In this document: piece after piece, positions 51,760 through 64,000 of the stretch
How the letters are laid out: the number at the start of each line of letters is the position of its first letter
How positions within the stretch are numbered: the first letter of the stretch is position 1
Assembly (NCBI GenBank): GCA_951406725.2
Contig: OX597815.1
Span: 178,994,001 to 179,058,000, forward strand
DNA: 64,000 bases
Reading direction: 5' to 3'
From: Octopus vulgaris
Taxonomy: Eukaryota
Program-made: the position numbers and the translations under genes
The notes under the pieces: generated by a model
The model's database searches: none
The model's input: only the letters and a program-made list of their open reading frames with translations
What the model was told of the DNA's origin: nothing

Positions 51760-51984
51760 AATCATCATCATCATCTCGTCATCCCCCTCCTCCTCCTCAT
51801 CGTCGTCGTCGTCATCATCATCATCATCGTCATCATCATCGTCGTCATCATCATCGTCATCATCATCATCATCGTCATCATCGTCGTCATCATCATCATC
51901 ATCATCATCATCATCGTCGTCGTCGTCGTCGTCGTCGTCGTCATCATCATAATCATCATCATCATCATCATCATCGTCGTCATC

Positions 51985-52026
<42 letters not shown>
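51460..52026. repeat. (CAT)n/(CGT)n compound trinucleotide repeat with an internal duplication
   Basis: Seen directly; CTCCTCCTCCTCATCGTCGTCGTCGTCATC occurs at 51584 and 51788. Confidence 0.95.
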
Positions 52027-52027
<1 letters not shown>

Positions 52028-52482
52028 GATCAGATAAGAGGAGTGTGAAGTAAATATTGTTCTGCAGACCATGTTCCAGTGCGGAACGAGTCAATAATCC
52101 GGAAGCCATCTGTTTACAGAAGCAAGTATTTAGCTTAGCGACAGTATTTAAGGTTTTCATCAATCATTGTCAATTCTACTCTCTACAGAATCCGTAATTA
52201 ACCATCCAGATCATATGTTTGGAACTACCTCAGTACATATGCAAATGTACACACACACACACACACGCACGCGCGCACCGACATACGTATAGACAGCAGA
52301 CGACATCAAGCAAGCGAAAAATAAAATATATGAATTAAACTGGAAAAGCACGGAACAGCCGACTGTCCCGAGAACAGCGTTCGTCCGTCTATTTGTCAAA
52401 ACTCGGGTGGATAAATTGTTTGTTAACTCGGAATTTTTTCCTTCTAACTTCATGGAAAATGTCTCTTGTATACTGCCAAAAG

Positions 52483-52840
<358 letters not shown>

Positions 52841-52996
52841 AGAGGCGCGAGTTAAACTTGTTTGGTCAGACATCAGATCTGAGATCGTGTTACAGGACTA
52901 AAACGTTTGCCTGTCAGAGCGTGGTAGCCATCAAAGCGATATACATACATACACTGCTAAATCTACTCTTTATGTTATCATAGTTTTATAACACTG

Positions 52997-53033
<37 letters not shown>

Positions 53034-53044
53034 CACTACTACTA

Positions 53045-53099
<55 letters not shown>

Positions 53100-53101
<2 letters not shown>

Positions 53102-53305
53102 CTTTCTGCTATAGGCAGAAGGCTTGAAATTTTAGGGGAAGGGGCTAGTTGATTATAGTATTTGACCAGTATTTATTTTATCGACCCCGAAAGGATGAAT
53201 GACAAAATCGACCTCGGCAGAATTTGAACTTCAGACGGTAAGAACGGACGAAATACAGCTAAGCATTTTGTTCGGCGTGCTAACGATTCTGCCAGCTAGC
53301 CGCCT
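53100..53305 (-). mobile_element. SINE-M, tail B, between (ACT)n and (AAT)n
   Basis: Head, core and tail visible. Confidence 0.8.
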
Positions 53306-53307
53306 AA

Positions 53308-53351
<44 letters not shown>

Positions 53352-55945
53352 GATCAACCTAAGATTGAGGAAGTGGAGGAGTTCTAGAAGAAGGTATGGA
53401 GCAACGAAAAAGAGTTTAATGCTGAGGCTGACTGGATAGAACGTGAGAAAGAGAGACTGGATGAACTTGAAGAACAGAAATGGGAAGCAATAGGAATAGA
53501 GGAGCTAAGGTGTGTCCTTAGGAAGGCTCATAAATGGAAAACCCCAGGACTGGATCGGATCCCTAACTTCTGGCTGAATTGTTTGACAGAGGTACACGAA
53601 CATCTCGCTGCATCTCTGTCTGATGTCATTCAGAACCCAGAGCAAATACCTGCTTGGCTGACTGAAGGAACCACCTACCTATTACCTAAAACCGAAGACA
53701 CAAAAAGCCCAAAGAATTACCGGCCAATAACATGTCTCAACACCACCTACAAAATCCTCACATCCATAATAACGGAGAGAATGTACGCTTTCCTTGAACA
53801 AAATTCTATCCTTCCACAAGCTCAAAAAGGTTGTAAAAGAAACTGTTATGGGTGCAAAGACCAATTGCTCATAAACAGAATGATTGTAGAGAATTGCCGG
53901 AGCAAAAACAAAAACCTGAGTATGGCATGGATAGACTACAGGAAAGCGTATGACAGTGTCCCACATAAATGGATACTCAAGGCCCTTGAGATATATAAGA
54001 TCTCTCCTGTCGTCTCAAAATTCTTAGAGAATAGCATGACCATGTGGAACACACGTCTCTTTCTAAGCCATAGTAATGGGATGAGCCAGTCCAACAGCAT
54101 CAACATCAAATGAGGCATCTTTCAAGGTGACTCCCTCTCTCCATTACTTTTTTGCATGGCACTGATCCCACTCTCAAACGAATTGGATAGTACCAGATAT
54201 GGGTACAAAGTTTTTAGTAAGTTAATAAACCACCTTTTCTATATGGACGACCTAAAGCTGTTTGCCAGGAATGACCAAGAGCTAGAAGGGCTGCTAACAA
54301 CTGTTAAAGAGTTTAGCAATGATATCGGAATGGATTTTGGCCTTGATAAGTGTGCTAAAGCAACTTTTGTAAGAGGCAAGCTCAGGCAAACAGCTTCTGT
54401 TAAATTAGATATTGACATTACCATCAAGGAACTTGACCCACAGGAAAGTTACAAATACCTAGGAATCAACGAAGGAGATGGTATACATCATGCTACAATG
54501 AAGGAAAAAATAAGAAAGGAATACTATAGGAGAATAAGGCTTGTACTGAAGACTGAACTCAACTCCAAAAATTGCATTGAGGCCATTAACACCCTGGCAC
54601 TTCCAGTAGTCCAGTACAGTTTTAACATCATTAACTGGAACCTTACGGAACTCCAACGCTTGGACAGGAAGACAAGAAAGTTACTGACATCCAAGAGCAT
54701 GCACCACCCTAAGGCAGATGTAGACCGCTTGTACCTACCTAGAAGCAGCGGGGGGAGAGGAATGATGCAATTAGAGCTGTGCTATAAGACCTCTACAGTA
54801 GGAATGAACAGGTACCTATCTAGTACAAAGGACTGGATGCTGCGATTTGTGTGCGAACACGAAAGCAGCAAAAAGCTGCATTCTATTGTCAAGGAAGCTT
54901 ATAAGTTCGAAAGGGAACTAGACATTAACCTTGAATCAGATGAAGAGCCGGAAACCACTGCTACCAAGCAAGCAAAGCGAATCAAGCAGACTGCAAAAAA
55001 GAACGGGCAGAATCAAATTGAGAGGCGGTGGAGCCAGAAGCCCCTGCATGGACAATATATTCTCCGAAGCCAAAATGCTGATGTAGACCAAGCAACAACC
55101 CATCAGTGGCTGAAGAGCTCTGGATTGAAAGCAGAGACTGAAGGTTTCATAATGGCAGCACAAGATCAAAGCTTGTTTACCAGAAATTACCAGGCTAACG
55201 TTCTCCGAAACGGTACTGACCCTAAATGCAGATTCTGCGACACATTTGACGAAACGATAGACCATCTCGTTTCGGGATGTCCTGTGCTGACACCAAACGA
55301 ATACAAAAATCGCCACGATAGGGTAGGACAGTATATACATTGGAAGATATGTAAACACTACAAATCCGACACTCCTGCTAACTGGTATGAACACCATCCT
55401 CAGCCAGTTGTTGAAGGTAAAGATGTCACCATCCTCTGGGATTTTCCAGTCAACACTGACAGAATGATCAAGGCTAATCGACCAGACATAATTGTTAAAG
55501 ACAGGGAAGAAAATACCTGTAGACTAATAGAAGTAAGCGTCCCCACTGATAAAAATGTATCTGTCAAGGAATTTGACAAACTTAGTAAATATAAGGACCT
55601 GGAAATCGAAATACAAAGGATGTGGAATCTTAAAACAAAAACTGTTCCTGTTATTGTAGGTGCCCTAGGTATGATAAAAAAGGGATGTCAGAAACACCTA
55701 GACAATATCCCTGGAAAACCATGTCTCAAGGAAATCCAAAAGATTGTGCTAACAAGTACTGCCCATATCCTTAGAAAAACCCTATCAATGTAAATGTTTG
55801 TGTTTGCATTACATGGAGATATATCTCTACTTCCCTTCCTCAAGCTTTCAGCTATATTTCAACAACTCTTAACCTTCACTTGCCCTAGGGCGCTGGGTGT
55901 GCCCCGACAGGTGATTGCATCAAACATGCAGATTAAAAGTAAATG
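53352..55945 (+). mobile_element. 5'-truncated R4/Dong-clade non-LTR retrotransposon inserted in (AAT)n
   Basis: RT+RLE ORF; (AAT)n immediately 5' (53308-53351) and 3' (55948-55991); Dong elements are known to target (TAA)n. Confidence 0.9.
53353..55793 (+). pseudogene. Reverse transcriptase / CCHC / restriction-like endonuclease polyprotein, single frame with two stops
   Basis: WKTPGLD, NYRPITCL, WIDYRKAYDSVPH, GIFQGDSLSP, YMDD, CRFC..ETIDHLVSGC, RHD, RPDI..IEV, KYKDL; TAG at 53385 and TGA at 54111. Confidence 0.92.
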
Positions 55946-55992
55946 ACAATGATAATAATAATAATAATGATAATGATAATAATAATAATAAA

Positions 55993-56559
55993 TGCCCTGA
56001 TGCAGTACCAGACAGTGGCTCTCATGGCTTCTGATCTTAACTGATTGGAAGTGTTATCATGTACATTGTTTTGTCTTGGTATAAAAGATGGGCCACAGAA
56101 AATATTCTGCTCAATACCACAGATTTGCTTGTCAATTGTTTGACCTTAACCAGTTGAGCATATCCCTTAGTGGCTGACGATATGTGCATCTCTGATCACG
56201 AGCAGAAGTAGTTGGGGAGCATCATAGCCATGTGTTGAAAGGAATTCTTTGGGGTTTGGATAATTCACCTTTGGAAACATGGGTGTTTCGTTCAACATCC
56301 TTAAATAACCGTTATTCAGGGATCTTTTGAGCGGGATGGGTTACTCGACCAGAAGAAAATTCTAGCTGGGCCCCACCTGCAAGGTCATGTGATGTTTATC
56401 TTGATATGTGATCACCATGTCGCTCACATATGGTTGTGATACATGTGCCGAGTGTACCCTTATCAGACGGGTAGTCATGGTGGGTATACTGGACTTCGTA
56501 TATTTTACCACAGTGTCACTTTGGTGGCATGCACTACTCTCTCACTCACTCACTCACTC
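55993..56559 (+). mobile_element. Longest copy of the non-coding (AAT)n-associated element
   Basis: Three copies in the window, all ending CTCTCTCA..(AAT)n; no long ORF; no A/B box recognised. Confidence 0.85.
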
Positions 56560-56616
<57 letters not shown>

Positions 56617-56736
56617 AATAATCCTTTCTATTATAGGTACGAGGCCTGAAATTAAGGGGCTGAGATAAGTCGATTACAGCCGCCGCAGGATTCAACTGGT
56701 ACATTTTCACTGACTCATGGGCAAAAAATAGTGAAA

Positions 56737-56832
<96 letters not shown>

Positions 56833-57125
56833 ATCCAATTTACTGTATCACAGCATTCCTGTATGTATATATATATACACATACGACGGTCTTCTTTCAA
56901 TTTCCGTCTCCAAAGTCCACTCACAAGGTTTCAGTCGATCCAAGGCTATAGAAGAAGCTGAAGGTACCATGGAACTATGTGGTTGGGAAACAAGCTTCTT
57001 ACTTGAGAGTCCGTTCGTATAATATGGCATGTAGAAAAATTGCGGATGACTCTACGCGACTGTTTGATTTGATCAACGAGAAATAGTAATCACATAGCCC
57101 TCAGAAAAAAAAGAAAAACAAAGGT

Positions 57126-57358
57126 TACCTATTGCTTTACTACCCACAAGGGGCTAAACACAGAGAGGACAAACAAGGACAGACAAACGGATTAAGTCGA
57201 TTACATCGACCCCAGTGCCTAACTGGTACTTATTTAATCGACCCCGAAAGGATGAAAGGCAAAGTCGACCTCGGCGGAATTTGAACTCAGAACGTAACGG
57301 TAGACGAAATACTGCTAAGCATTTCGCCCGGCGTGCTAACGTTTCTGCCAGCTCGCCG
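57126..57358 (-). mobile_element. SINE-M, tail A, ending AAAGCAATA|GGTA
   Basis: Full head, core and tail. Confidence 0.9.
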
Positions 57359-58948
57359 CTGGTTACCGTCAGAAAGTATAGTCTTAGTTGCGAAAAAGGT
57401 TGTAGTTGTAAGTCTTCCTCATTTGGTCTGTTTTGGGTTAAGCCCCTTCACGACTGTCAAAGCCATCTTCACCAACGCCACAAGCAGCATGACCACCACG
57501 GCTACAACCACCAACCACCACCACCACCACCACCACCACAACCACCACTCTATTCCCACTACCACCACCCTCACTACCTCGACATCTCTAACACCATCAT
57601 CACTATCACCATCACCACCACCATCACCATTACCACTATCACTATCACCTGAAGAAGAAAAAATAATAGAAAAAGAATGAAAAGAAGAGAACAACAACAA
57701 CAGCAGCAGCAGCAGCAGCAACAACAACAACAACAACAACAACAACGACGACGACGACGACGGCAACTGGAACTGGAATTACCACTGTTTTATTGAAATC
57801 AATTTGGTGTTGAACTGTGCAATAAATGAGGAGATATGTCACAAAAGACTAAACTAGTTTTAATTATAACAATATGGCGTCGTCAAGGTTGAAACCGCCG
57901 TTTAGAACGGAAAGGGACAATTTATCAATGTCAGAATCATGTCTAATTTCCAAATATTGAAACTTATCAGAACCTGTTGTTGACCAGGCTCTTCAGGAGA
58001 AGAAGGTGAAAGGCACTTTGCCAAGCAAAATATTTGCAGAATCTAAAAAAACATTGTTGGTTTTGTAACATTTTAAAAAAGCCTGGGAATCAATATACAC
58101 TTACTGATGTTTTCTTTCTGACCATTGGCGATGAATAATAGTTCGCAGTGGAATATGTACGTACTGGCTGGAATGCTGGTTTACTATATGTTGTATATAT
58201 ATATGTGTGTGTTTATCATAGTGTTATGCAGTTAGATTTAAAAAAAAATAATTTCCAAGAATTCTACTTTTCTACTTTTCACTCCTTACATTCTGGTTAT
58301 CTCTATTTCCAGGTCATTCTATTTGAATAATTTCTCCATTCCTTTTAGATATACATTATAGTCTGTTGGGACTGATACTTCGATCAAGTAGTATTTCCTG
58401 GCCTTGACAAAAATATCCGCTCGATTATTCCCTTATCTCCTTCTCTATTTGGCTTGTCATATCCAAGAGTACGGTCGCTTTGTCATTTTTATGAAAACCT
58501 TTCATAATTCTGGCTTAATTTCCGGTGTATGAAAGGTTCTGCTATTTTATACCTGCAGCCATATAATCTTTCGGATAAGACTAGGTAAATAGATATAATG
58601 TGCTTGGCTAATTGCTTCTTCGTAATCTTTTTAAACTCTATAGTTGCTTTAATGTATTTTGTTGCGTTACGTGTTTCAGGTAATATTTGTGTTGAAGGCT
58701 TTTATCCCGTGATGCAATTAAAGATATTTTCGTCTTTGCTTTGGTTTCCTCCTTTCTCAACCTGTGCCGTCAATTTTCTTTGTCTGTTCCCAACTATTAA
58801 AGATTTTCGATCAACGGTCATGTAGGAAATTTTCTTACTATTGTTTAGCATAACTGCCTCTGGCTTCCATTTTTAGGATAATTTTCATTTTCTCAGAATG
58901 TTATTGCCTCTGTTTCCTCCCCGCACCTATCCTTTACTTGTTCAACCC

Positions 58949-59002
<54 letters not shown>

Positions 59003-59003
<1 letters not shown>

Positions 59004-61385
59004 CATTGACTTTGCACAACTTCTAACGCTGGAGATGTACTACAGTGTCAGATGTTCCCTACCTCTTATTTTTGAGCACCTTCCGGAGTATTCGAGCGGT
59101 TTCAAGCAGTGCTGTTTTCTGCAAGTGCTCCAACCTTATTGCAGCCCCTATTTGTTCCACGTACTTTTCAAGATTTTAGCTCACTGTTCTCAGGGCTACT
59201 TTTTTGATCGACCACACCTTTTTGATCGACCACAACTGTTTAACTTCCCAAGCTAACCTGTCATATCTCTCGACTTTTCTTTCTTCCTTATCGCATACCT
59301 TGTTGTCTGCTGGGCATGCTATATCTATGATCCAGCATAGTTTCTTTTCTTTCTCAATTAAGACTGTGTCCAGCTTCCTATTGTATGATGTCTGACCTAT
59401 TCGCATCTATCTTCCTGTCAGTTTGAACGGTGTAAGTTCCAAAGGAGTGAGATGTGGTCATTTTCAAGTAGTGGAGATGGTTTGTATTCCCATCAGTTTT
59501 TATCATGGGGCAGATCCAAGTTTTTGCAAATTACCCAGTGAATATATTGTGCTGCTCTATCGTGCCTATTTGAGATACTCTGTTGGCGCAAGAAGATTGC
59601 ACATGGAGACAACATGATCAATGGTTTCATTTTGTTTTTACATACACGACATAAGATACCGCTGTTCTTTAAGATGTTGACCTGGTAGTTCCTTGTAGGT
59701 AGACATTGATCATGGGCTGCTATGATAAACCCTTCTGTATCTGATTTTAGGACATAAGACACTAACCATTGGTTGGTAAGAGCTTTGTCAACGTCGGCAC
59801 TATTAGCTCTCTTTGGGTATTTGCCATTGAGAAGTATTTCTTGGCATTTATCATTAAGAATAGCTAAGGTGGCAGTTTTAGCACGGGTTTTCACACGCTT
59901 AGCTTTTTCTGTGCTTGTTTCCAGTACGTCTAATTCTGGGATTTGTTGCATTTGGAATTCCCTTTAGTATTCCTTTGCCTGTTTTGTTACTGAGCATGAT
60001 GCTTTCTTGTTTTCATACTGTAAGACAAGATTTAACATCTAGTCCTCAGAGTTTTTCAGGTAGGTGTCTAGGCTAATTGTGCCAATCTTTATTGTTAATT
60101 CCAGTTGTAAAAGTCCACGGCCTCCCTCATTTCTTCGCAGGTAAAGTCTTTCTGTATCTCCATAGGGTGGTGCATTCTATGCATTGTCGTCTATTTTCGT
60201 ATTTTTCTGTCAAGATTACATATTTCAGTAATTAACCAGTTAATGATACTGAAACTGTAAGTCACGACTGGTATGGCTAAAGCATTGATCGCTTCGATCT
60301 TGTTTCTTGCATTCGGCTCTATCTTGAATATTGCCCTTACCCTGCGATAACATTCTTTTCTGATCCTTTCCTTCATCATTGACTGTTTGATTTCATCACC
60401 TTCAAATACTCCTAGGTATTTGTAGTTCTCCACTGGTTCTAACTTCTTTATGACATTCTGTTGGTCAAGATTAACATAGGATGTTTCTATCATTTTGCCT
60501 TTGATAAAGGTAACTTTTGTACATTTATCGACGCCAAATTCCGTCCTGATGGAATTGTTTAACAATTGCTAGTAAGCCCTGTAGTTGTTGGTAATTTTTT
60601 GCAAAGAGCTTTAAATCATCCATGTAAAAGAGATGATTTATATTTTTATCAAATATTTTATAGCCATATTGTACATCATCAAGCAATTTCGAGAGAGGTA
60701 TTAAGGCTTGACAAAAGAGATAGAGAGTCACCCTGGAAAATGCCGCATGAAATTCTTATATCGCCAGCATTGAGAGATTTATTGTCACTGTTCGAAGTCG
60801 GTGCGTTTTTCCGTGATCTCATACTTAAGAAGTTTCGCAGAGTAGGTGCTATTTTATACATTTCCAGACATTTCTTAATCCAGCCATGTGGTAGACTATC
60901 AAAAGCATTTTTATAGTCTATCCAGGCTATTGACAAATTTTTGGGCTGTTTGTAACAATCTGCAAAGATCATCTTACTGATGAATAACTGATCTTTACAA
61001 CCATAAGACCCACGTTTACATCCTTTTGTGCTCATTAGGGAATATCCCACTTTCTATTAAAAACTATAGGTATATTCAGTCAAGACAGATACTAATATTT
61101 TATACATTGTTGTTAAGTAGGTTATGGGTCTATAATTTTTTGGTTCATTTGTTTCTTCATTTTTTGGAAGTAGGAATGTTACTCCATTAACTAGCCAAGA
61201 AGGAATCGTAGTAGGTTGTTGCAAAACATTGTAAAGTTTTATTAGTAGTTCATGGCTTTCTGGGAAGGCATTCAACCAGAAGTTAGGAATTTTATCCTTT
61301 CCTGGAGACTTCCATTTGTTTGATTTCCTCAGAGCAGATCTTACATCCTCTACCTTGATACCCTCCCACTTTTGCTCTTGTGGTG
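59003..61385 (-). mobile_element. Degenerate R4/Dong-clade LINE with (AAT)n tail (58949-59002)
   Basis: WKSPGKDKIPNFWL, NYRPIT, WIDYKNAFDS, GIFQGDSLS, YMDD, GFIIAAHDQ, RHD, IIDIACP, TARILRKVL across frameshifted ORFs. Confidence 0.9.
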
Positions 61386-61964
61386 GTTTTAAATATGAAT
61401 ACGAATATTTCACATTGTCTGTGTTAGTTCGCAAAATAAAAAAAAAATTTAATTTTTTTGCTTCGTTTGTGACACATGCTTTCATAAGCGTGTATGTGTG
61501 TCTTGTAAATTTCACGTAGTTGTGTAAACATTGGGATGTATGTGTAGTCCTAGGGGTATCAATATATATATATAATTGTATAGACATTCGGGAGTATGCG
61601 CAATTAATCAATTTCCGTATTTACTGTTTTGTTCCACTTATATTTTATAATTTGTAAACTTTCCGATGTTGATTTCGCATGTATCTTTCGCACATGTTCC
61701 AGTGAGACATCGTGCATGGGAGAAACTGTGCTTTGTATGGTAGTAAACTTTCGTTTTTGTAATTATTTTCGTTAAAAGGCCGCTTCCCTCAAGTCTTTCA
61801 CAGGTTCCTTTTTCCCACTCCACCGATGTTATTGGATTAGACTTGTTTTTGTATGGAGAGCCCGGTGTAGCACATCCATGTCGCTATTCAGTGTGGAGCT
61901 CGTCTCCTCCTCTCCCTCCTCCTTCTTCTTCTTTTTATTTCTGATTGAATTGCATTTTATTTAA

Positions 61965-62187
61965 CCCATTAAGTTCCACTGTCCTATAAACAGAACACTA
62001 AATGAGAACATTAAATAAGCTATATTACATTGTCTCAGTGTCCTATTTATAGGACACCGAGTATTCCCATTTCTACTTGAAGTAAAGGAGTTTTAATAAT
62101 AATTTTTTCCATTTTAACCTATTTTCAATCATTTGTAAACATTTAAAAGTAATATTCAGAAATTTAAGCACTCTGGGACTTAATAGG
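61965..62187. mobile_element. piggyBac-like MITE
   Basis: TTAA|CCCATTAAGTTCCA ... TGGGACTTAATAGG|TTAA; internal GTCCTAT..ATAGGAC repeats. Confidence 0.75.
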
Positions 62188-62651
62188 TTAATCTTCCGAC
62201 CGGGTCTCAACCAGAGACCTAAGGCACATGTATATTAGATGAAGAGAAACTTCCTGAGATTGTGAGCGGTTGATGTCAACTTACTTTTTTGAGTTTCTTA
62301 GGTCGTTGGTTTCTCAGGGCAATGGTTTCGTCCATTTGGCTCCCTCGAAGACAAAACAGCTTTTTGTTTTGTTTGTGTGTTTTGTATCAGCTTGTCATTA
62401 TTCTGTAGTCTTCCAGTGTCAATCCTATGACAACTAGTTGCAAACAGTCTCTTTTAGCAATTATTTGTGGTAAATTTAATCTTCCGGCATCAATTTGGGG
62501 GATTGAATTCTAAATGAAGCGAACATATTCCTTGTTTTTCTCCTTGTCTTGCTAAATGACTAATTGCGCCGTTGAGAGAATATTGCAGCCGTAATTTATT
62601 ACTGGAACAGCTAAAATATTGATGTTTGCTAATTTATTGTTTGTATTTAGC

Positions 62652-62869
62652 TCTACTCTTTTACTCTTTTACTTGTTTCAGTCATTTGACTGCGGCCATG
62701 CTGGAGCACTGCCTTCAATCGAGCAACTCGACCCCGGGACTTATTCTTTTGTAAGCCCAGTACTTATTCTATCGGTCTCTTTTGCCGAACCGCTAAGTAA
62801 CGGGGACATAAACACACTAGCATCCGTTGTCAAGCAATGCTAGGGGGACAAACACACACACACACACGC

Positions 62870-62902
<33 letters not shown>

Positions 62903-63068
62903 TACGGCGGGCTTCTTTCAGTTTCCATCTACCAAATCCATTCACAAGGCTTTGGTCAGCCCGAGGTTATAGTAGAAGACACTTGCCCAAAGAGCCACGC
63001 AGTGGGACTGAACCCGGAACCATGTGGTTGGTAAACGAGTTACTTACCACACAGCCACTCCTGCGCCT
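62652..63068 (-). mobile_element. Full-length SINE family C
   Basis: GGCGCAGGAGTGGCTGTGTGG head through GTAAAAGA tail repeats. Confidence 0.9.
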
Positions 63069-63096
63069 ATGTTTTTAGTATTAATATTGTAAGTCT

Positions 63097-63305
63097 TTAA
63101 GGCAGCAACCCGCCCAAATCGTTAGCATGCCGAGCAAAATACTTAGCGGCATTTCGTCCGTCTGAGTTCAAATTCCGCCGAGATCGAATTACATTCTTTC
63201 ATTCTTTCGGAATCACAAGAATAAGTAACCGCTGAGTAGAAGGATCGATGTAACCGACTTACCCAATTTCCCGAAATTGCTGGCTTTGTACCAATATTTA
63301 AAATC
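63097..63305 (+). mobile_element. Degenerate SINE-M, tail B
   Basis: Head and GAGTTCAAATTCCGCCGAG; tail GAAATTGCTGGCTTTGTACC. Confidence 0.7.
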
Positions 63306-64000
63306 AGTTTTGTAAGTCTATATTATTCGTTTGGCTCTGTAATACATTCTGTCAAGTTAATTTCTTTAAATACGAAAGACTGTGTTTTGTCTCTCTCTTT
63401 CATCTCTTTATTTATCTGACATATCATTTATGTTCTTATAGAATCTCTCTTCAAGACTGCCTGAAAACCACGTCTGGGGATAACAGTAGAATTCTTTTAA
63501 AAGTCATCTTATTTGAACGAGTGTTCGTCTGCATAAGGCATATCTTTGTCCCATTGAAGCTCGTCATTGACAAGTTAAGGTGGTAAAATCACAATGAGAT
63601 TTTGGATTGGAATGTATAGTGATGTCTCTATTTTCCGAAGTGGCTCAATTTTTGCCAGTAAACTCAACAGTGAGTTCTTGCAGGAAGTTGTACCTCCTGA
63701 TGCCAGGGTCTCGTGTGAAGTGAACCTCACATCCATGAAGAAACCCCTTTTCACCGACTTCAAGTGCTTATGTTTTATCACTTTTCTAGACTCGTAATTT
63801 TATGTCGTGGAGCAGATGGCTCGTCAAAAAATCCTAAAGTATTCTGAATTTTGAGTTGCTGTCTGTTATGGTAACACTTTGTTAGCAATAATAATTAGAA
63901 TCTAAAGCTGGCCATATGCAACCGCCTCTCAAAATATGTTGCTTTGGGTTTATATTAGAATTCAAAGTTCCCATTTTCAATTTGCCAACAAATTAATGAC

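Noticed and set aside
51319-52163. Long His/Arg-, Met/Thr- and Ile/Val-rich ORFs
   Set aside because: Translations of the CAT/CGT microsatellite, open in several frames on both strands
58270-58920. Possible old RTE-like LINE debris (also 18500-19070, 36070-36540, 46020-46300)
   Set aside because: Composition is suggestive, but no unambiguous motif could be read

Overview
AT-rich, microsatellite-dense eukaryotic DNA, most likely intronic or intergenic. The repeat content (tRNA-derived SINEs with internal TA/TG tracts) suggests an octopus or other coleoid cephalopod; this is inference. I can support no host protein-coding exon, and nearly all listed ORFs are artefacts of microsatellites or SINEs. 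Identified content: (i) dozens of copies of at least 3 tRNA-derived SINE families; (ii) two R4/Dong-type RT+RLE LINEs associated with (AAT)n tracts, plus a non-coding ~560-bp element in the same kind of tract; (iii) an internally deleted L1/Tx1-like LINE (ORF1 zinc knuckle + APE endonuclease + 3' end) nested in a Helentron-like element; (iv) a decayed Naiad-type Penelope element and many Penelope-like ends, with about 10 hammerhead-ribozyme motifs and long fold-back palindromes at (TA)n; (v) mariner/Tc1, hAT, piggyBac and Helitron remnants. The most notable pattern is a SINE variant whose 3' tail matches the 3' end of the L1/Tx1-like LINE. This variant is joined at the same nucleotide (AAAGAAATA|GGTATT) to an internal site of another SINE copy at 8 junctions in 7 loci, suggesting a self-targeting SINE/LINE pair that builds arrays. 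All alignments and folds were done by eye, and boundaries are approximate.
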